From Longivirga aurantiaca (GTDB taxonomy: Bacteria; Actinomycetota; Actinomycetes; S36-B12; CAIYMF01): a stretch of 6,959 nucleotides of DNA. The notes under the pieces are model-generated. The model was not told the DNA's origin and ran no database searches. It was given only the letters and a program-made list of their open reading frames with translations. Every line of letters begins with the position of its first letter. Within the stretch, counting starts at the first letter, position 1. The DNA is taken from contig NZ_JBHSTI010000027.1 of the NCBI RefSeq assembly GCF_042660085.1, positions 1 through 6,959 of the forward strand, in the 5' to 3' direction. A program made the position numbers and the translations under genes. Shown one piece after another: positions 1 through 3,773 of this stretch.

Positions 1-78
1 CAGCAGGCCGAGCTCCGCCCACCGCCGGTCGGGCTGGCGGTAGCGGGGGACGGCGGGTGCCGTGGCGGGTGTGGTCAC
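1..78 (-). CDS. rodA: FtsW/RodA/SpoVE-family cell-wall polymerase, N-terminal 26 codons only (runs off the window)
   Basis: A minus-strand GTG at 78-76 overlaps the pstP stop (TGA 77-75) as GTGA. The translation VTTPATAPAVPRYRQPDRRWAELGLL stays open to position 1. The RR-x-AEL-x-LL segment resembles the N-terminus of M. tuberculosis RodA (from memory, ...PTRRNAELLLL...). rodA is the gene that follows pstP in this conserved cluster. Only 26 codons are visible, so the call rests mainly on synteny. Confidence 0.5.
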   Translation of the reverse strand, partial: MTTPATAPAVPRYRQPDRRWAELGLL

Positions 79-1487
79 GGGCTCGCCGAGGCGCTGGGGG
101 ACGTGGTGGCGGACGGCGAGGCGGAGGCCGACGGGGAGGCGTCAATGCCGCCGTCGCCGTCGCCGCCGCCGTCGCCGGGAGCGTCCGGGCAGCCCGGCGT
201 GGTCGGCACGGCGGCGCACTGCGCGGCGCGCTCGGACAGCCGCTGCACCACCTGCTGCGCGTCGGCGAGGGAGTCGGTGGCGATGGTGCCCTCGACCTGC
301 ATGGCCTCGAAGTCCGGGAGCGAGTCCATCGTGATGGTCGAGCGCTCCTCCACGGACGACAGGCTGATCGGGCCGATCGAGCCGGGAACGCCGTTGAAGA
401 TCGCGACGTAGCCGCCGTCGTTGCCGACGTACCACTGGCCGCGGGCCCACGTCATCGTGATGGCGATCAGGCCGATGAGCACCGCGACGATCGCGACCAC
501 CGCACCGACCGCCCAGAACCAGCGCCGGCTGATCCCCTGGCGGGACGCGCCCTGCTCCTCGCGGTAGACCCGGCCGATCGGGGCGACGCCGGCCTCCCCG
601 GTGGACGACTGGGTCGACACCTTCACGACCTGCGCGGGGCGTGAGTCGATCTGCGCGTCGGCGGGGAAGGTGAGCTCGGGCAGGCGCTCGCGGTTGCGCG
701 GCTCGCCGGCGGCGCCCACCACCACCGGTGCCTCGGGCTCGACATCGGACCCGGGCTCCACGGCGACGACGTCGGCGACGACGCACGTGACGTTGTCGGG
801 GGCGCCGGCCTCGAGGGCTGCGTCGACGAGCGCGGTGACCGCCGCGGTGGGGTCGGCGACGGCGAGGAGGCGCGCGATGTCGACGTCGGAGACGTAGCCG
901 CAGAGGCCGTCGCTGCAGACGAGGTAGCGGTCTCCGGCGCGGGCCTCACGGACCGAGACGTCGGGCTCGGCAGGGTGCACGCCGTCGATCGCGCGCATGA
1001 GCAGGTTGCGGCGAGGGTGGCGCGTGGCCTCCTCCGGCGTGATGCGGCCGGAGTCGATGAGGGTCTGCACGTACGTGTGGTCGCGGGTGACCTGGCGCAT
1101 CTCGCCCTCGCGCAGCAGGTAGGCGCGCGAGTCGCCGACGTGCAGAACCGCGACGCGCGGCGGGTCGCCGCCGAGCCAGGCGAGCGCGGTGAGCGTGGTG
1201 CCCATGCCTGCGAGCTCGGGGTTGGCCGAGACGACGTCGGCGATGCGCTCGCTCGTGACGACGACCGCCTCGGACAGCCGCTCGAGGGCCTCGACGTCGG
1301 ACAGCCCGCCGGGCTCGACCTCGGACATCGTCGCGATCGCGGCGGCGGACGCGAGCTCGCCGGCAGCGTGGCCGCCCATGCCGTCGGCGACGACGAGCAG
1401 CTGGTCGCCGGCGTACCCGGAGTCCTCGTTGCCGCTGCGGACGAGGCCGATGTCGGAGCGCGCGGCGGAGCGCAGCATCAGGGACAT
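75..1487 (-). CDS. pstP: PP2C-family Ser/Thr protein phosphatase PstP, membrane-anchored (470 aa)
   Basis: From the ATG at 1487-1485 the product starts MSLMLRSAARSDIGLVRSGNEDS. All PP2C/PPM signature motifs are present: RxxNED, VADGMGGH, GTT, HVGDSRAYL, LVCSDGL and APDNVTCVVADV. One TM helix (RRWFWAVGAVVAIVAVLIGLIAITMTWA) is encoded at about 445-528. It is followed by a PstP-type extracellular domain and a low-complexity D/G then S/A/P tail. The ORF track extends to 1700, but those 71 extra codons overlap fhaB out of frame. ATG 1487 lies 4 nt after the fhaB stop and is preceded by GGAAG. Confidence 0.93.
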   Translation of the reverse strand: MSLMLRSAARSDIGLVRSGNEDSGYAGDQLLVVADGMGGHAAGELASAAAIATMSEVEPGGLSDVEALERLSEAVVVTSERIADVVSANPELAGMGTTLTALAWLGGDPPRVAVLHVGDSRAYLLREGEMRQVTRDHTYVQTLIDSGRITPEEATRHPRRNLLMRAIDGVHPAEPDVSVREARAGDRYLVCSDGLCGYVSDVDIARLLAVADPTAAVTALVDAALEAGAPDNVTCVVADVVAVEPGSDVEPEAPVVVGAAGEPRNRERLPELTFPADAQIDSRPAQVVKVSTQSSTGEAGVAPIGRVYREEQGASRQGISRRWFWAVGAVVAIVAVLIGLIAITMTWARGQWYVGNDGGYVAIFNGVPGSIGPISLSSVEERSTITMDSLPDFEAMQVEGTIATDSLADAQQVVQRLSERAAQCAAVPTTPGCPDAPGDGGGDGDGGIDASPSASASPSATTSPSASASP

Positions 1488-1491
1488 GGCG

Positions 1492-1983
1492 TCACTTCCG
1501 CAGCTCGAGCACGGTGCGGCCGACCTTGAGCTGGTGGCCGACCGAGAGCGGCGTCGGGCTGGTGATGCGCGACCGGTCGACCCAGGTGCCGTTGGTCGAG
1601 CCGAGGTCGGTGACGATCCACGTGCTGCCCGTGAGCGAGATGCGGGCGTGGTTGTTGCTCGCGTAGTCGTCGTCGAGCACGAGGGTGGAGTCGGGTGCAC
1701 GGCCGATCGTGACGTCGGCGGCCCCCAGGGGGATCACCGTGCCGGTGAGCGGTCCCTCGACCACCACGAGGCTGCGGGCACCGCCCTTGGCGGCCTTGGG
1801 CGCCTTGGGCGCGCGCGGCGCGGCGGGCGCCTGCCCGCCGCGCGGGACGCGGGCGGGGACGAGCATCCGGGCGTCGCGGGGGGCCTTGAGGTCGCGGCGC
1901 AGCACGAGGATCGCCACGATCACGAGCAGCCAGACGAGCGCCAGGAATCCGAGGCGCAGCAGGGTGAGGAGGAGCTCCGACAC
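1492..1983 (-). CDS. fhaB: FHA-domain membrane protein FhaB/FipA (163 aa)
   Basis: The start is a GTG at 1983-1981. There is an N-terminal TM helix (LLLTLLRLGFLALVWLLVIVAILVL) and a basic P/A/K linker. The C-terminal FHA domain carries the signature residues (TIGR...SNNHARI...VTDLGSTNGTWV). It occupies the same position between fhaA and pstP as Rv0019c. Confidence 0.9.
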   Translation of the reverse strand: MSELLLTLLRLGFLALVWLLVIVAILVLRRDLKAPRDARMLVPARVPRGGQAPAAPRAPKAPKAAKGGARSLVVVEGPLTGTVIPLGAADVTIGRAPDSTLVLDDDYASNNHARISLTGSTWIVTDLGSTNGTWVDRSRITSPTPLSVGHQLKVGRTVLELRK

Positions 1984-1987
1984 GGGC

Positions 1988-2692
1988 TCACCCCGCCCGG
2001 AACGTCAGCCGAACGCTTCCGAGCTGCACGGTCGCGCCATCGCGCAGGACCACCTCGCCGACCTGGACCCCGTCGACGTACGTGCCGTTGGTCGAGCCGA
2101 GGTCGCGCAGCACGACCTCGCGGCCGAGCAGGATCTCGGCGTGGTGGCGCGAGACGCCGGGGTCGTCGACGCGGATGTCGACGTCGCTGCCGCGGCCGAT
2201 GCGCGTGACGGCCCGGCTGAGCGGGTGGTCGACGTCGTCGCCGACGAGGCGCGGGTGGCCGGCGTCGGGGCGGCTGCCCGGGATGGACGGCGTGCGCGCG
2301 GGGTTCGGCGCGCTCGCCACCCCGGCCTTCGCCTCGCTGTGCACGCGGAACAGGCCGGTCTCGAGCGAGTCGTCGCGGGCGAGGGTGATCTCGGTACCGC
2401 CGAGGAACGTGTAGCGCTGCTCCTCCGCGTGCTCGCGCACCATCGTGCCGAGCTCCTCGGTGAGGGTGCCGGCATACACGCTGAGGCGGTCGTGGTCGTG
2501 CGGGCTGAGGTCGACGACGAAGACGTTGGGCACCACGGTGCGGCCGCGGCTGACCACGGCGGCCCGGTCGTCCATCTCGCGGGTGAGGGCCGAGGCGATC
2601 TCGACGGGCTGCACCTCGGCCTTGAAGGCGCGCGCGAAGGCACCGTTGACCATGCGGTCGAGCCGCTGCTCGAAGCGGTCGAGCAGACCCAC
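1988..2692 (-). CDS. fhaA: FhaA: N-terminal DUF3662/FhaA_N domain plus C-terminal FHA domain (234 aa, short-linker form)
   Basis: The start is a GTG at 2692-2690, preceded by GGGAGG (reverse complement of 2697-2702). The N-terminus MGLLDRFEQRLDRMVNGAFARAF matches the conserved FhaA N-terminal domain. The C-terminal FHA signature is present (RIGRGSDVDIRVDDPGVSRHHAEI...LRDLGSTNGTYV). It is the first gene of the cluster and diverges from tRNA-Leu, as Rv0020c does from leuT. Confidence 0.9.
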   Translation of the reverse strand: MGLLDRFEQRLDRMVNGAFARAFKAEVQPVEIASALTREMDDRAAVVSRGRTVVPNVFVVDLSPHDHDRLSVYAGTLTEELGTMVREHAEEQRYTFLGGTEITLARDDSLETGLFRVHSEAKAGVASAPNPARTPSIPGSRPDAGHPRLVGDDVDHPLSRAVTRIGRGSDVDIRVDDPGVSRHHAEILLGREVVLRDLGSTNGTYVDGVQVGEVVLRDGATVQLGSVRLTFRAG

Positions 2693-2862
2693 CGCGCCTC
2701 CCTCAGTGCCGAGGCGGGTGCCGGGTCGGCGGATGCCCCGCCCCGGGCGATCACCGCCGTCCCATGATCGTAACTGCCGGGATGCGGCAGACCGTTCCTT
2801 CGCAGCCCCGGGTCTGCCGTTCTGTGACCGGAATCGGCGGTTCGTAACGGCTCCGACCTGCG

Positions 2863-2871
2863 TGTTAGCCT
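2863..2871 (+). promoter_or_regulatory. Candidate extended -10 element (TGtTAGCCT) for the tRNA-Leu gene
   Basis: TAGCCT (2866-2871) fits the actinobacterial TANNNT -10 pattern. It is preceded by TGT (the TGn extension) and ends 11 nt before the mature tRNA 5' end. Only a poor -35 (TTCGTA at 2841-2846, 19-nt spacer) is present. This is a pattern match only. Confidence 0.3.
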
Positions 2872-2882
2872 TCTCCCCGCAC

Positions 2883-2966
2883 GCGCGAGTGGCGGAATAG
2901 GCAGACGCGCACGGTTCAGGTCCGTGTACCCGAAAGGGTGTGGGGGTTCAACTCCCCCCTCGCGCA
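2883..2966 (+). tRNA. tRNA-Leu (anticodon CAG), type II with long variable arm, CCA not encoded
   Basis: The full cloverleaf folds by hand. The acceptor stem is GCGCGAG/CTCGCGC with discriminator A. The D-arm is GCGGAATAGGCAGACGC. The anticodon stem CACGG/CCGTG has loop TTCAGGT, placing anticodon CAG at 2917-2919. The variable arm is ACCC-GAAA-GGGT and the T-arm is GGGGG-TTCAACT-CCCCC. The sequence is near-collinear with E. coli tRNA-Leu(CAG). Confidence 0.96.
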
Positions 2967-3040
2967 CGTGAGAGTTCTGTACGTGTGAGCACCGCTCCTC
3001 CGTAGGGGTGAGCAGTGCTCAGGTGTAGGACTCGAAGAGC

Positions 3041-3063
3041 GCCCCCAGCCGATGGCTGGGGGC
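3041..3063. terminator. GC-rich hairpin, possible bidirectional intrinsic terminator between tRNA-Leu (+) and the ImmA-like remnant (-)
   Basis: GCCCCCAGCC (3041-3050), loop GAT, then GGCTGGGGGC (3054-3063) form a perfect 10-bp stem. The flanks are only weakly T-rich (GCTGCTTCATG on the plus strand, GCTCTTCGAG on the minus strand), which is common in high-GC actinobacteria. It lies 75 nt after the tRNA and 16 nt after the TGA at 3081-3079 in one of the ImmA-like frames. Confidence 0.45.
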
Positions 3064-3078
3064 GCTGCTTCATGTCGG

Positions 3079-3475
3079 TCAGGACTGATGCCTCGGTTGA
3101 TGAGCCGGTACCCATCTCCTCGGCGCTGACGTCGAACTGCTCCGCGAGGAGTTCGACCACGCGACTGGTGCTGCCCGATCGAACTCGGAGGTCGGAGACA
3201 GCCCCCCGGACGGCGTCCTCGGGCATGAGAAGCGCGGCTGCGAACCTGTTCGCCAGGATCCCCTCCCGATCTGTCGCCGGCGAGGACAGGTCGTTGCGCC
3301 AGTTGACGCGCACGTAGACGCTCTCAACTGGACTCTTCCCTTCACGTCGCACGACGTCATTCGGGACAGCGCCATTCGCTGGGTCGGCTCGATGTCCGCG
3401 GAGAGGACCGCACGAGCGCAAGCGCGAGGCGGCCGCGATGCCGGGCGGCGGGCGAGCGGGACGGCGCAGCCCCAC
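3079..3475 (-). pseudogene. ImmA/IrrE-family (DUF955) metallopeptidase-like gene, apparently degraded (no HExxH, frameshift near the 3' end)
   Basis: The minus frame of ORF 2948..3475 encodes ...VYVRVNWRNDLSSPATDREGILANRFAAALLMPEDAVRGAV...VVELLAEQFDVSAEEMG. The E-x-x-ANxFAxxLLMP and LAxxFxVS motifs are the hallmark C-terminal half of ImmA/IrrE peptidases. No HExxH occurs upstream in any minus frame. After ...EEMG (about 3110) the family-typical continuation YRLINRGIS appears only in a different frame. The nominal ORF then reads through the 3041-3063 hairpin into the tRNA. Recognisable similarity covers about 3079-3319, and the upstream boundary is uncertain. Confidence 0.45.
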
Positions 3476-3760
3476 GATCCGTCGTCAGAGTCCGACAGCC
3501 TCGAGAGCCGTGAGGCGCCGCCCCCCGGCGTCCGTGGCCCCAGCGCCAGCTCCCTGAACGCGCGTGGCCCACGCGTCAAGCTCCGCCTGCAGTGATCCCG
3601 AACCGGTGTACCCGCGCGACAGAACTCTCGGCCGTTATCTGACCGGAGTCCATGCTGTGCATCAGACCCCCTGGAACCGCGTGACGTGCTCGTCCACGGT
3701 GTCGAGCGCGCCGGGCGGGCGGGCCCTGCGGCGTCGGCAGGCGACGGGGCGCCTCCTGGC

Positions 3761-3767
3761 GGGAGGA
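3761..3767 (+). promoter_or_regulatory. Shine-Dalgarno sequence (GGGAGGA) for the LAL regulator
   Basis: GGGAGGA lies 6 nt upstream of the in-frame GTG at 3774. That GTG is immediately followed by the family-typical N-terminus V-I-V-G-R-S-D-E-L. Confidence 0.55.
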
Positions 3768-3773
3768 TCAGAT

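Noticed and set aside
57-949. ORFs 57..644(+), 62..334(+), 103..411(+), 142..786(-), 601..897(+) and 623..949(-) over the pstP 3' half.
   Set aside because: All overlap the pstP frame, which has a clear TM helix and extracellular domain here. Their translations are poly-R/G/P low complexity.
1488-1700. The N-terminal 71 codons of the 541-aa ORF 75..1700, giving a longer PstP.
   Set aside because: This part overlaps the FHA domain of fhaB out of frame and is S/T/R/A-rich. The PP2C domain begins right at the ATG at 1487, which follows the fhaB stop by 4 nt.
975-2767. Long plus-strand ORFs 975..1529, 1189..2208, 1685..2767 and 2082..2414, opposite pstP, fhaB and fhaA.
   Set aside because: They are antisense shadows of three confidently identified minus-strand genes. 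The products are R/A/G/D-rich without domains, no SD is present, and they overlap each other.
2005-2967. A 320-aa minus-strand ORF spanning fhaA in another frame and running across the tRNA-Leu gene.
   Set aside because: It overlaps a bona fide tRNA and the fhaA frame, and the translation is S/R/A/P-rich nonsense. It is a GC artefact.
2961-3315. A 9-nt direct repeat CGCGCACGT at 2961-2969 (spanning the tRNA 3' end) and 3307-3315 (where ImmA-like similarity begins), considered as possible att half-sites or a microhomology deletion junction.
   Set aside because: A GC-rich 9-mer recurring once in 7 kb of about 70% GC DNA is not far from chance expectation by my rough estimate. The enclosed 346 bp is too small for an element and encodes no recombinase. 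It is worth rechecking only if comparative data show an indel exactly here.
3015-3317. A 100-aa plus-strand ORF opposite the ImmA-like remnant.
   Set aside because: It is antisense to the only frame in this region with a recognisable family motif. It starts inside the palindrome/hairpin region, has no SD, and its product is S/R/T-rich.
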